From Verrucomicrobiia bacterium (GTDB lineage Bacteria; Verrucomicrobiota; Verrucomicrobiia; Limisphaerales; UBA11358), in assembly GCA_036489615.1 (NCBI GenBank), contig DASXFM010000185.1, positions 274-64,273 on the forward strand: a DNA stretch of 64,000 nt, read 5' to 3'. The stretch's first letter is position 1. Every line of letters begins with the position of its first letter. Below are positions 41,133 to 51,900 of this stretch, one piece after another. The translations under genes were made by a program, and so were the position numbers. The notes beneath the pieces are model-generated. The model ran no database searches. It worked only from the letters and a program-made list of their open reading frames with translations, and was not told where the DNA came from.

Positions 41133-42461
41133 ATGTCTGACATTGCCATAAGCGTCAAAAATCTTTCCAAGCGCTACATCATAGGACACATGAATGGCGC
41201 GGGTGATTTACAGCACGGTTCATCCGGTTTGCGCCATGCCATCGAGGATACCTTGCGAAATCCATTGGGATGGTGGAAGCGCCGAAAGATCAAAAAGGAA
41301 GAATTCTGGGCTCTCAAGGAAGCATCGTTTGAAGTGAAAGCCGGCGAGGTCGTCGCCGTCATTGGACGAAATGGTGCAGGAAAATCCACGCTGCTCAAAA
41401 TCCTAAGCCGCATCACCGAGCCGACTACAGGGCGCATCGAAATCAAAGGACGCATTGCCAGTCTACTGGAAGTCGGCACCGGCTTTCATGCTGAATTGAC
41501 CGGGCGCGAGAATATTTTCCTTAACGGAGCCATCCTCGGAATGACTCGCGCTGAAATCAAACGGAAGTTTGATGAAATTGTGGATTTTTCCGAAATCGAA
41601 AAATTTCTGGACACACCGGTTAAACGCTATTCCAGCGGCATGTATGTTCGACTGGCGTTTTCGGTGGCCGCACATTTGGAGCCGGATATTCTAATCGTAG
41701 ATGAAGTGCTAGCGGTCGGCGACACGGCCTTTCAAAAGAAATGCCTGGGAAAGATGGAGGAAGTCTCGAAAAAGCAAGGGCGTACCGTACTGTTCGTCAG
41801 CCACAATATTTCTGCGGTCCTGCAATTGACCACACGCGCCGTCGTCCTGAACAAAGGATGCGTTACCTTTATGGGTCCAACGGAAAAGGCCGTGGAACGA
41901 TATGCCGGGGTGGCTGGCGGTTCAAACGTGGCCTTCCCGGTTGAAAATTTGCCGCGCAAATATCGCGGAACGGGGGCGGTGCGTTTTCTTTCATTTCGTT
42001 TTAACCGGGCATTGCCGATTTTTTCGCCCGGCGAGCATTTTCAATTTATCGCCAAAGTACGTGCGAGCGAGCAGGTTCCACGCATCCGCTTTAGCATGAC
42101 GGTCTTTACCCCGGAAGGAACGCCAGTTGGTACTTGCTTTGGAGCGGAGCAACGGGGCATGCGCCGGGATGAAGAAATGGAGTTTGAAATTTCAATTCCC
42201 CGTCCACCTCTAGCGCCGGGTCATTATTACTGCGGTGTTTCAGTCGGCAAAGGTGATCATCGGATGGGCATGGTGGATTTTGATACGGTGTTGGACACAA
42301 TGGCCTTTGAAGTCCGTGCGCAAGAGGGTGATGGCGGCACAGTTGCGGAATGGTCGCGCGGCTGGGGACCGATTGCTTTTCCGCCTTTAAAGTACCGGCC
42401 GACCGACCGGGCTGCTTCATTTGACAACAAGAAAGACGATTCTGAAATGCTTGCCGCATAA
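41133..42461 (+). CDS. ABC polysaccharide export ATPase (Wzt/TagH-like) with an extra C-terminal domain
   Basis: Walker A GRNGAGKST, signature YSSGMYVRLAF, Walker B ILIVDEVLAVGD. About 180 additional C-terminal residues. Confidence 0.95.
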   Translation: MSDIAISVKNLSKRYIIGHMNGAGDLQHGSSGLRHAIEDTLRNPLGWWKRRKIKKEEFWALKEASFEVKAGEVVAVIGRNGAGKSTLLKILSRITEPTTGRIEIKGRIASLLEVGTGFHAELTGRENIFLNGAILGMTRAEIKRKFDEIVDFSEIEKFLDTPVKRYSSGMYVRLAFSVAAHLEPDILIVDEVLAVGDTAFQKKCLGKMEEVSKKQGRTVLFVSHNISAVLQLTTRAVVLNKGCVTFMGPTEKAVERYAGVAGGSNVAFPVENLPRKYRGTGAVRFLSFRFNRALPIFSPGEHFQFIAKVRASEQVPRIRFSMTVFTPEGTPVGTCFGAEQRGMRRDEEMEFEISIPRPPLAPGHYYCGVSVGKGDHRMGMVDFDTVLDTMAFEVRAQEGDGGTVAEWSRGWGPIAFPPLKYRPTDRAASFDNKKDDSEMLAA

Positions 42462-42466
42462 TCTTT

Positions 42467-43435
42467 ATGGCGACTGAATATCCATTGGCCATTGTCATTC
42501 CGGCCTACAAAGCCACTTTCTTACGGGAGGTTTTGGACTCCGTCGCAAGTCAAACATGCCGGGAATTCCAGCTCTATATCGGCGATGATGCCAGCCCGGA
42601 AAACATCGGGGACATTGTCCGTGAATTCTCGAAGGCATTACCCACCAACTACCAGCGATTTGAAAAGAATGTGGGCCGCGATTCCCTCGTCAAGCATTGG
42701 GAGCGTTGTATTTCGATGAGTCACGAGCCGTGGATCTGGCTTTTTTCTGACGATGATTTGATGAACCCAGAATGCGTGGAAAATTTTCTCCAAGAATTAC
42801 TGCTGACGAAAAATCACCATGATTTATATCGTTTCAATACAACTTCCATCAATCAAGCAGGAACGGTGCTTTCGGAAAACCCGCGAAAACCTCAGAACGA
42901 AACCGGCGCAGATTTTCTCGTGGCACGGCTGCGGGGGGGCCGGACGAGCACGGCGCAGGAATTGATTTTTTCGCGAGCTGCGTGGGAATCTGCAGGAGGC
43001 TTTCCGAACTTCCCGCTGGCCTGGGCCTCTGACGATGCCTTTATTGCCATGCTCGGTTCGGGTAAGCCTATCCGGACCATTCCTGAGGTGCGTATCAAAT
43101 GGCGTTTGAGCGGCAAGAACATCTCCACGGATAATTCGTTTGCCACAGCGATCCAAAAGCTGCAAGCCTGTCGTGAATTTGTCGAATGGGCGATAGACTT
43201 CCTGAAAAAGAATCCGCCTTCCGATGGCCAGATCACAAACGGCGCACTCGCCCGGCTATTGGAGGACTGGTTTTTTATGCAGATGATTTACAGGAGGCAA
43301 TTGCTCAATTTCACATCGAGCCTGCAGGTGGACAAGCTCGCGACCGCTTCATGGCATCGCCCGCGCGGTTATGGCTTCTTAAAAACAATGAAGTTCAATT
43401 ATACCCTCGCGTGCGACAAGGTTTTCAATCGATGA
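42467..43435 (+). CDS. GT2 glycosyltransferase
   Basis: LAIVIPAYKATFLREVLDSVASQT..LYIGDDASPE..LFSDDD. Confidence 0.9.
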   Translation: MATEYPLAIVIPAYKATFLREVLDSVASQTCREFQLYIGDDASPENIGDIVREFSKALPTNYQRFEKNVGRDSLVKHWERCISMSHEPWIWLFSDDDLMNPECVENFLQELLLTKNHHDLYRFNTTSINQAGTVLSENPRKPQNETGADFLVARLRGGRTSTAQELIFSRAAWESAGGFPNFPLAWASDDAFIAMLGSGKPIRTIPEVRIKWRLSGKNISTDNSFATAIQKLQACREFVEWAIDFLKKNPPSDGQITNGALARLLEDWFFMQMIYRRQLLNFTSSLQVDKLATASWHRPRGYGFLKTMKFNYTLACDKVFNR

Positions 43436-45663
43436 AAAAAATTCTTTGCCTGACGTCGCATGACCTCAACGCGCCGGATTATGGCGCGGTTCTACGCGTG
43501 CGGAATATTTTCCAAATGCTCTCGCAACATGGTGAATTGCATGTGGTAGTTGCCAGCCATCAAAGGGACATGCTGGAAAATGTAAGATCGCCGCAGGCGG
43601 GGTTCCAACTGCGTGACAAAGTGCACTTTCCGGCAACCCACCGGTCTACGGCCCGGCGCCTGCGCGATAAGTTGAGCCGGAAATTTCTCAATATTAGCGG
43701 ACACCAAGCCACTCCACATGATTGTGAACGGTTGCAAAAAATGTTGCCTGAGTATGACCTGGTTTGGGTTCATGGCCTGGAAGTCGCAAATGGTTTTAAT
43801 ATTTGGCGCTGGCCGAAAACGGTTTTAGACGTTGACGATATTCCCAGCAGCCTGCACCACCAGCGCCTATCGCAGGCGGCCACGCTGTCGGGCAAATATT
43901 GGGAATGCCGGCAAATGATTCTGTGGCGCCGGAACGAAAAATATCTTTCGGAACGTTTTGATGCGATCTGCGTTTGCAGCGAACCCGATCGGGAAAAATT
44001 AAACCACTCTGAAAAAACAGTAGTTCTCCCGAACGGTTTCGATTCCAAACAAAGGAAAACCGATCGAAATCCGACTATGCGTCCGCAAATTGGATTCGTA
44101 GGGACGTTTAAATATCCATCCAATCGTGATGGGGTCCGCTGGTTCATTGAAAATGTCTGGCCATCAGTCCTGCTAGAATTTCCACAGGCGCGCTTGCGCC
44201 TGGCCGGAGAAGCCGGCAAAGACTTTTTTGGCGGCCAGAATATCGATGTCCTGGGCTGGGTCGCAGACATGGATCATGAAACCGCAAACTGGTCACTAGC
44301 CATTGTTCCGGTCTTCACCGGCGGGGGCACACGAATCAAAATCCTCGAAGCTTTTAGCCGCAAATGCCCGGTTATTTCCACTTCTCTGGGGGCCTATGGT
44401 CACAAGGTCAAAAATGGGCACGAGCTGATGATCGCCGATACTTCCAAAGATTTTGCGGAAAATTGCATCCGTATTTTAGCAAATCCGTCCGAAGGCACGC
44501 GCCTGGCAGAAAATGCCTGGAACAAATTTAATGAAAGCTGCAAATGGGATTCACAGTCAGAATGCGTCTCAGAAATCGTCAGTAAAATCTGTGGCAAAGA
44601 AGCGCATTCCGGATCCGTCGAAACCTGGTTTAAGGCAATAAATGTTTTGCAAAATACGACTATAAGCAGCAAAGAACATAATGAAGCTGGCGTTAGCACC
44701 ACGATAAAAAATTCCATTCCGCGAGTTTCTGTCATCATTCCGGTGTTTAACCGGGCATATTGCGTAGCGGATGCCGTTGAAAGTGTCCGTGGTCAAACGT
44801 TTAAGGATTATGAGATCATCGCTGTAGACGACGGATCGTCCGATGGCACGGCGGAGGTCCTGGAAAAGTTCGGGGACAAGGTTCGCCTAATCCGCCAGGT
44901 GAACCGTGGGGTTAGTGCCGCACGCAATACTGGCATCCGCGCTGCCCAGGGAAACTGGGTCGCTTTTTTGGATTCCGACGATCGCTGGCATCCGGAGAAG
45001 CTCGAACGGCAGCTCAAAGCTATTGATAAATACTCCGCTAAAATCTGTTTTACGCGTTGCGTTAATTCCCAGAAAGAAACGCTGCGCGATATCGAGTTCG
45101 TATCCTCGATATCCCACGAGCCAGAAATCCTTTATGTCCAAAATTCCGCAGATTCAGTCTGCCTGTCGCCGCGACACCCGCTGATCCAGACCATGGTTGC
45201 AGAAAAAAAGCTTTTGGAAAAGGCAGGGCTCTTTGATGAATCATTTCACGCGGCGGAGGATGCGGAGTTGATTTTCAGATTATCTTTTTTGTCGGGATTC
45301 ATTTATATCGACCGCCCGCTGGCAACGATTTTCGAGTATTCCGTGAATAGCCTGACTTACACCGAGACGCTTGGACCAATGGCACGCAGACATCAATCCT
45401 ATCTACGGCTCCTGGGGCAAATGTATTGGCGCCTGGCGGAAGCTTCACCGGAAAAGGTTTCAGCCGTGCGAAGGCAACTTGGTTATTTCATCTCACGCCG
45501 CGCCGAGATCGCCTGCGCCGCCGGGCAATTACCATTCGCCCGCGCCTTGGCCAGGGACGGAATTTTTTTTGCCGGAAGTTTCCGCGACTTTGCGCGGTGT
45601 GCGGGAATTTTACTGTTTCCTAATTTGGTTCGCAGCCGGGCGCAAAAGAAATGGCCAGTTTAA
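43432..45663 (+). CDS. Bifunctional glycosyltransferase (N-terminal GT4-like + C-terminal GT2)
   Basis: Start trimmed to MKKILCLTSHDL, with an ATGA overlap on the previous stop. GT4 part: GTFKYPSNRDGV..GGGTRIKILEAF. GT2 part: VSVIIPVFNRAYCV..IIAVDDGSSDGT..FLDSDD. Confidence 0.9.
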   Translation: MKKILCLTSHDLNAPDYGAVLRVRNIFQMLSQHGELHVVVASHQRDMLENVRSPQAGFQLRDKVHFPATHRSTARRLRDKLSRKFLNISGHQATPHDCERLQKMLPEYDLVWVHGLEVANGFNIWRWPKTVLDVDDIPSSLHHQRLSQAATLSGKYWECRQMILWRRNEKYLSERFDAICVCSEPDREKLNHSEKTVVLPNGFDSKQRKTDRNPTMRPQIGFVGTFKYPSNRDGVRWFIENVWPSVLLEFPQARLRLAGEAGKDFFGGQNIDVLGWVADMDHETANWSLAIVPVFTGGGTRIKILEAFSRKCPVISTSLGAYGHKVKNGHELMIADTSKDFAENCIRILANPSEGTRLAENAWNKFNESCKWDSQSECVSEIVSKICGKEAHSGSVETWFKAINVLQNTTISSKEHNEAGVSTTIKNSIPRVSVIIPVFNRAYCVADAVESVRGQTFKDYEIIAVDDGSSDGTAEVLEKFGDKVRLIRQVNRGVSAARNTGIRAAQGNWVAFLDSDDRWHPEKLERQLKAIDKYSAKICFTRCVNSQKETLRDIEFVSSISHEPEILYVQNSADSVCLSPRHPLIQTMVAEKKLLEKAGLFDESFHAAEDAELIFRLSFLSGFIYIDRPLATIFEYSVNSLTYTETLGPMARRHQSYLRLLGQMYWRLAEASPEKVSAVRRQLGYFISRRAEIACAAGQLPFARALARDGIFFAGSFRDFARCAGILLFPNLVRSRAQKKWPV

Positions 45664-45728
45664 CAATTAATCCGGTCACCCCATCTTTTTGCGCAAAGGC
45701 AAGGTGAACGATTTTATTTCGAGGAGTT

Positions 45729-46700
45729 ATGGTTTTGGTATTGGGGGCCGAAAGTTATATCGGCAGGGTTTTTTGCGCGGAATTACTCCGGCGCGGGCAT
45801 GAATACGCGTCGCTAACGGCGAAGGATTATTCCGACTTTCACTCACTGTTCAACTGCGTCCGGCGGGTTAAGCCGAAATTCATGGTCAACGCGACCGGGT
45901 GTGCCGGGGCGGACCCGGACGCCAATGAACCAGCGCGAGGAAAAATATTGCAGGCTAATACGATATTACCCCGTTATATCGCGCAAGTCTGCCTGATGAC
46001 CAACACGCCGTGGGGGCACATTTCCTCATGCGGCATTTATTCCGGGGCAAAAGTGGTCATCGGGACAGGAGTGGTCGTCGAAAAGAAGATTGCGCGGGAG
46101 GAGTTGGTCCGGATGATCGAGGATTGCCCGGAAAAGATCCGGGGGTTCACGGAAGCGGACGAGCCGAATTTCTCTTTTCGTGCCGCCCCTTGCAATTTCT
46201 TGAGTGGCACGGCAGCCCTGGCGGAAGAAGCCATCCGTGGCATCGGTCGCAATTATCTCTGGCGGCTCGGCAAAACGTTCAACGAGCGCGATGAACCGGA
46301 AAACTTTCTCAGAGGCATCCAGCATGCCGAAAAAATCTACAATGGCGTACAGGCGTATTCGCACACGGAAGATTTTGTTCACGCCTGCCTGGACCTTTGG
46401 GAGCGGGAAGCGCCCTTTGGCATCTATAGTGTAGCAAATCCGGGCATACTCACAGCGAGTCAAATCACGGATATCATCCGGAAAACTCTCAACCCGCCGC
46501 GTCACTTCGAATTTTGGCAGGACGACATCGAATTTTACAATCACGCAAATAGGGTCTTACGCTGTAACTATGTCCTGGACGTTTCGAAGCTGCTTGCCAC
46601 GGGCATAGAGATGAGACCATTGACCCAGGCTATTGAGGATTCCCTGAGAAACTGGCACTCGGATACCCATCAGGGTGAAATACATAAAGCTGCCGCTTAA
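45729..46700 (+). CDS. Extended-SDR / RmlD-like sugar-nucleotide-binding protein
   Basis: MVLVLGAESYIGRVF (Rossmann motif), preceded by a GAGGAG Shine-Dalgarno. By-eye alignment suggests the YxxxK catalytic pair is not conserved (NFLSGTAALAEE). Confidence 0.8.
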   Translation: MVLVLGAESYIGRVFCAELLRRGHEYASLTAKDYSDFHSLFNCVRRVKPKFMVNATGCAGADPDANEPARGKILQANTILPRYIAQVCLMTNTPWGHISSCGIYSGAKVVIGTGVVVEKKIAREELVRMIEDCPEKIRGFTEADEPNFSFRAAPCNFLSGTAALAEEAIRGIGRNYLWRLGKTFNERDEPENFLRGIQHAEKIYNGVQAYSHTEDFVHACLDLWEREAPFGIYSVANPGILTASQITDIIRKTLNPPRHFEFWQDDIEFYNHANRVLRCNYVLDVSKLLATGIEMRPLTQAIEDSLRNWHSDTHQGEIHKAAA

Positions 46701-46702
46701 AA

Positions 46703-47989
46703 ATGAAATCGAAAACAAGGAAAGCCGCGTTCGTTCGCAAAAGCTTCGTTTTGCCTCCCCTCTTTAGCCTGTGTGTTTTGGGCCGCGCGGCCGAGGCGCA
46801 GGAAACATCCATGCAGTCAGAAACCGTGCAGCCGTTATCGCCACCGATTGAGTCCGTTTCTGAATTGCACATGACGAATGACTTTCAGGTTTTTCCTGTC
46901 CGCCCGGCGCCATCTGCGCCCATGCCTTATGAGCCGTTTCGGTGGGACCAATTTGTCATAAGGCCACATGCGGATTATCAATTGATTGCCGCCAAGGGCA
47001 TACTCGCGGCGCCCAGCAATCAGGTAGATACGGTAATACAAAATATTTCGGCCGGTGTTTTAGTTAACCTGGGTCCGCACTGGTCTCTTGATTACACCGC
47101 CATGATCGGCCTTTATTCCAACACCAATTTCGGCACCGAAGTCGATCATAATATTACCCTTACCGGCCTGACCGCCTATCACGACTGGATTTTCGAATTC
47201 CTGCAAACGGTTGCGCTTTCCAAATCACCCCAAATCGAAACGGCCGGCCAGGTCGATGAGGACAATTACAATACAGCTGTCACCGGGCATCATGAAGACA
47301 ACGAATATATCTCGGAAGATCTGGCCGTATATCAAAACATCCAGGAAACCAGCGGGGGTTATGAAAATAACCGCAGCTGGTCAATGCTGGATTGGCTGAA
47401 CTACCAGCCGCAGTCCCGCTTCAACATCGGTATCGGCGCTGGATTGGGCTATGACAATGCTGATTTTGGGCCTGATTCGGTTTTCGAACAATTAGAAGCA
47501 CGAGCCAACTGGCGGGCGACGGATAAACTCAGTTTTCAGGTCAACGGCGGTATCGAAGAAAGCGAATTTCTTGGCGGTGAGGGAGCGGGTGATTTGTTCA
47601 GTCCAATATATGGCGCTACGATCGAATACCAGCCCTTTTCCCAAACACAAATCTCCGCCTATGTAAACAGATCTGTTTCCCCGACGGTCTTCGTGGGTCA
47701 ATATTCCGAGAATACTTCGATAGGATGCTCATTCAGTCAGCGGCTGTTCCAACAATTTTTTTTAAACCTTAATGGCAGCTACAACAACCAACAATATGTC
47801 GCGTCGGCCAGTGACATCGCCGCTGCGCGCACGGATAAATTTTATTCACTGTCCATGCGTCTTTCCCATTCATTCCTAAAACGCGGTACAGCGTCAATCT
47901 TTTACCAGTACGGCAGCGATAATTCCACAGCGGCAGGCTATTCGTTTTCGAGCAACCAATACGGGGTCGAAGTCAATTACAGCTTTTAA
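46703..47989 (+). CDS. Outer-membrane beta-barrel protein (exosortase-locus associated)
   Basis: Signal peptide, alternating beta-strand pattern rich in Y/G/N/S, and a C-terminal ...YGVEVNYSF with terminal Phe. Confidence 0.8.
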   Translation: MKSKTRKAAFVRKSFVLPPLFSLCVLGRAAEAQETSMQSETVQPLSPPIESVSELHMTNDFQVFPVRPAPSAPMPYEPFRWDQFVIRPHADYQLIAAKGILAAPSNQVDTVIQNISAGVLVNLGPHWSLDYTAMIGLYSNTNFGTEVDHNITLTGLTAYHDWIFEFLQTVALSKSPQIETAGQVDEDNYNTAVTGHHEDNEYISEDLAVYQNIQETSGGYENNRSWSMLDWLNYQPQSRFNIGIGAGLGYDNADFGPDSVFEQLEARANWRATDKLSFQVNGGIEESEFLGGEGAGDLFSPIYGATIEYQPFSQTQISAYVNRSVSPTVFVGQYSENTSIGCSFSQRLFQQFFLNLNGSYNNQQYVASASDIAAARTDKFYSLSMRLSHSFLKRGTASIFYQYGSDNSTAAGYSFSSNQYGVEVNYSF

Positions 47990-47997
47990 CAGGATTT

Positions 47998-48954
47998 ATG
48001 TCCGTCAAAGAACTCAAATTACGCGCAGAGAAAAATCAGTTCGCCTTTGAAGCCATCGTATTAAAGCGAAAGAAAAATTTCGCCCGGCTGGCGGGATTTT
48101 CCCTGGCTGTATTAGCACTGGCCCTGTGTTTCAGCCGGCCCCTGTATAATTTGTTTGGGCTGGTAACCAGTGACGACCTGTACACGGACATTCCGCTCAT
48201 TCCGCTTATCAGTTTGTATCTTATTTGGATACGCCGTGAAAATTTGCCATTTTCGCTTCATACGGCGATCAAGCCTACGGCACTGTTTTCCGCAGCCGGA
48301 CTGATGATCCTGGCGGCCTATTGGGCCACAGCGCAAAACGCCTCGTGGACAATAGAAAATTACCTGGCAATCAACGTCCTGGCCTTGCTGCTTATCTTTA
48401 CCGGCGTTTGCTTTTTCTTCTTTGGGAAAGCTTTTATGAGTGCCATCGCGTTTCCCATGGTACTGCTGGTCTTTACCATCCCGTTCCCGGATTTTTTGCA
48501 GCATGGATTTGAAACTTTTTTACAATATGGATCAGCAATCTGCGCCGGGACGTTTTTTCATCTTTCCAGCGTACCGGTTTTTCGGGATGGCCTTAATTTT
48601 AAAATTCCAGGGTGCGTCATCCAAGTCGCCCCCGAGTGCAGCGGCATCCATTCCACGCTGGTCCTAGCAATCACGAGCTTGATCGGCGGCTGGCTCTTTT
48701 TACGTTCACCATGGAAGCGCACGGTGCTGGCACTGGCAGTCATACCCTTGGCGCTAATCCGAAATGGTTTTAGAATTTTTGTGATTGTCCGGCTATGCGC
48801 CGCCTATGGGCCAAAGATGCTGGCTTCGCCGATCCATCACCACGGGGGACCGTTGTTCTTTGCTTTGTCCCTGATTCCCTTCTTTCTGCTTTTGCTTTAT
48901 CTGAGAAAAACTGAACGGATAAATAATGAACCTTTAGCTAAAAAATCGTTATGA
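47998..48954 (+). CDS. Exosortase (EpsH / XrtA-like)
   Basis: Polytopic membrane protein with the VAPECSGIHS (catalytic Cys), ALIRNGFRIF (Arg) and later His motifs typical of exosortases. Confidence 0.95.
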   Translation: MSVKELKLRAEKNQFAFEAIVLKRKKNFARLAGFSLAVLALALCFSRPLYNLFGLVTSDDLYTDIPLIPLISLYLIWIRRENLPFSLHTAIKPTALFSAAGLMILAAYWATAQNASWTIENYLAINVLALLLIFTGVCFFFFGKAFMSAIAFPMVLLVFTIPFPDFLQHGFETFLQYGSAICAGTFFHLSSVPVFRDGLNFKIPGCVIQVAPECSGIHSTLVLAITSLIGGWLFLRSPWKRTVLALAVIPLALIRNGFRIFVIVRLCAAYGPKMLASPIHHHGGPLFFALSLIPFFLLLLYLRKTERINNEPLAKKSL

Positions 48955-51900
48955 AAAAGATCCAACTACTCTTAATGCTCTTCACCGTTCTGCTGATGGT
49001 TGCCGGCGCAGGCTGTTCCAAAGCGAAGAAATCCTATTTTCTCGACCGAGCCAACCGTTGGTTCGACTCCGGCCAGTTTGATAAGGCAGAAATCGAATAT
49101 CTCAACGTCATTCAGGTTGACCCGCAGAATGTCCAGGCAGTGGGCAGGCTGGGGGTCATCTACTTTGACGAAGGGCGCTTTCAAAAGGCCGCGCCGTTTT
49201 TGTACAAGGGCAGTGAATTGGATACCAACAACATGGATTTGCATATGAAGCTGGCGCAAATCTATCTTGCCATCGGGATGTTGAAGGAGGCTCACAGTGA
49301 GAGTGGTTTTGTCCTGGATAGAAATCCCCAAGATCCCGACGCCCCGGTCCTGTTTGCCGAATCCGTCGTCAAACAAAATGATATCGAGGCCGTACAACAG
49401 CGGTTGCATGCGCTGGCACAAAATGGAGATGATGCGGCAGTAGAAACGGCTTTGGGGATGATCGCTTCGAACCAGCACGATCTTAAGACGGCCTTGACCG
49501 ATTATCATCATGCCATCGCCTTTGATTCGCACTTTGCGCCCGCTTATGTCGCACTGGGCAATTCATTTTGGGAGCAAAATGATTTGAAAAGCGCGAAAGC
49601 CGCGTTCAAGGCTGCGGCGGATTTTGCGCCGCCCTACTCGCCGCTGCAATTGGCCTATGGCAAATTTGAAATTCAGTCTGGCGATTTCGCTAGCGCCGAA
49701 GGCTTTTTTGACGACCTTACCGCCAAAACTCCGAATTATGTACCGGCCTGGCTGGGCCTGGCGGAAGTCGCGCTCAATGAAAAGAAACTGGATGACTGTA
49801 GTACGGCCTTGAACAAGGCTCTCGCCGTTGATGCCGATAATCTTGATGCCCAAGTATTGCAAGCCCGGCTGGACATGGCGCGTTCGGATATAAACAAAGC
49901 GACGTCAGAATTGGAGCGGCTGGTCAAAATGTATCCGCAGGCTTCGCATGTCCATTATCAACTGGCGCTGGCCTACGTCCTTGAGAACCAGCCAAACAAA
50001 GCTTTAAACCAATCGCATGAGGCGTTGGACCTGGATTCTCATTCTATTGAAGCGGCATTTTTGCTCGCGCAATTGGAATTAAAGACGGGTGATACGGATT
50101 CTGCCATCGATTTACTTAAACAATTCGTCAGGAACCAGCCGGATTTGATCCAGGCAAAACTGTTGTTGGCAGAGGCTTATCGCGTCCAAAATAATTTCAA
50201 TGGAGCGTTGGAAATTTACCAACAATTGGAACAAGCCTTTCCTAAAAATCCGCAAATTCCCCTGCTGGCTGGGGCTACTTTCATCCAACAACTCAACGAA
50301 ACGGCGGCAAGACAGGAATTTAATCGAGCGCTGGCAATCACACCCGGCAATCTCGACGCTCAGGAAGAACTGGCGCAATTGGATTTAGCAGATCACCAGT
50401 ATGCCACTGCACAAAAACGGGTTGAACAGATTGTCACGAAAAACCCGCAGCAGGCATTTCCTCAAATTTTGCTCGCCAAAATTTTCCTTTCAAAGGGTGA
50501 AACCAATCAGGCCATAACAGCGCTCTCCAAGGCATCAACTTTGCCGGAAGGTTCATCAGCGGATTTGTTGCTCGCGCAGTTGTATTCCAATTCCAAACAG
50601 GATCAAAAGGCGCTGGAGACGCTTAATGTTGTGCTCGGAAATAATCCCAAAGACGTCGGGGCACTTATGTTGGTTGGCCTCATTCAAAGTGACCTGAAGA
50701 ATTACCGGGCGGCGGCGGATGCTTATGAAAAATTGCTAGGGATCGATCCGCAATACAGCCCGGCGCTGAACAACCTGGCCTGGTTGTATTCGGACAATCT
50801 CGGCGATGTAAATAAAGCTTACGACCTGGCGCAACATGCACGCCAATTACTGCCAGCGGATCCGGCTACCGCGGATACACTGGGTTGGGTTCTTTTCCAG
50901 AAAAGGCAATATCCGTCCGCGCTGAAGCTGTTCCAAGAGAGTGCGAATCAATTGTCGGATAATGCCGAAGTACAATTTCATGTCGGCATCGCTCATTATA
51001 TGCTGATGGATGAAGATGCTGCGCGCAGCGCCTTTCAGCGCGCACTCAATCTGAACAAAGAATATTCCGAACGCAGCCAGTGTGAAGATTGCCTGGAAAT
51101 CTTGAACATCGATCCCAAGACGGCTGATGCCGCGGCGGTGGGCCGTCTGGAAAGCCAATTCTCAGCCAGACCAAGTGATCCGATCGCCTTCACAAAGCTG
51201 GCCGCGATCTACCAGCGGGACAACAACACGGCCAAGGCGATGGCTCTTTGTGAAACGGCCTTAAAAGCGAATCCGCAAAACGTGAACGCCGACCTGCTCC
51301 TCGCACAGCTTTGCGCTTCGAGTAATCCGCAGCGGGCGTTTGAACTGGCCAAGGCAGCTTATCAATTGAAGCCGGACGATATGCAGGTGTGCGCCACGCT
51401 CGGGCGCATGGCATTCCTGAATGGAAATGATCACTGGGCTTATAATTTACTCGCACAAGCTTCGCAAAATCAGCCAGACAATGCGCAAACACTTTTTGAT
51501 TTTGCAAACACGGCGTTTTGTATAGGTAAAATATCGGACGCTCAAACGGCGATGCAAAGTTCTTTGCAGGATGGCCTTTCCATCTCCCAATCAGCGGACG
51601 CTAAAAACTTCCTCGACTTGATCGCCGTGTGTCAAAATCCGGAGCAGGCGGCGTCGGCGGAGCCTCATGTTGACAGCATCTTGAGTTCGAGCCCAAACAA
51701 TGCAGCCGCCCTGTTGGCGAAAGCCGTCATTGACACGCAAAATCGAAATTCTTTTGGCGCCGAAAGCGGTTATGAAAAACTGCTGAGCCTTCATCGCGAT
51801 TGCACGGTCGCACAGAAAAACCTGGCCATTCTCTATGCTCAAAATCTTGTTGATCCTGACAAAGCATATCCGGTTGCCGTTAAAGCCCGTGAAGCTTTCC

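Noticed and set aside
18808-43431. N-terminal extensions of several track ORFs (18808, 19493, 20361, 28763, 33602, 35482, 43186)
   Set aside because: The extensions overlap the preceding gene or add non-homologous leaders. Internal starts restore canonical N-termini (MCGICG for AsnB, MSKPIKVGVVGCGYWG for the Rossmann fold, MKKILCL with an ATGA overlap, and a signal peptide after GGAGG).
36441-46700. The tRNA-like gene as the attachment site of an integrated island carrying the ABC-exporter half of the locus
   Set aside because: There is no integrase, no visible direct repeat of the tRNA 3' end downstream, and the flanking genes are functionally continuous. This cannot be excluded without composition and comparative analysis.
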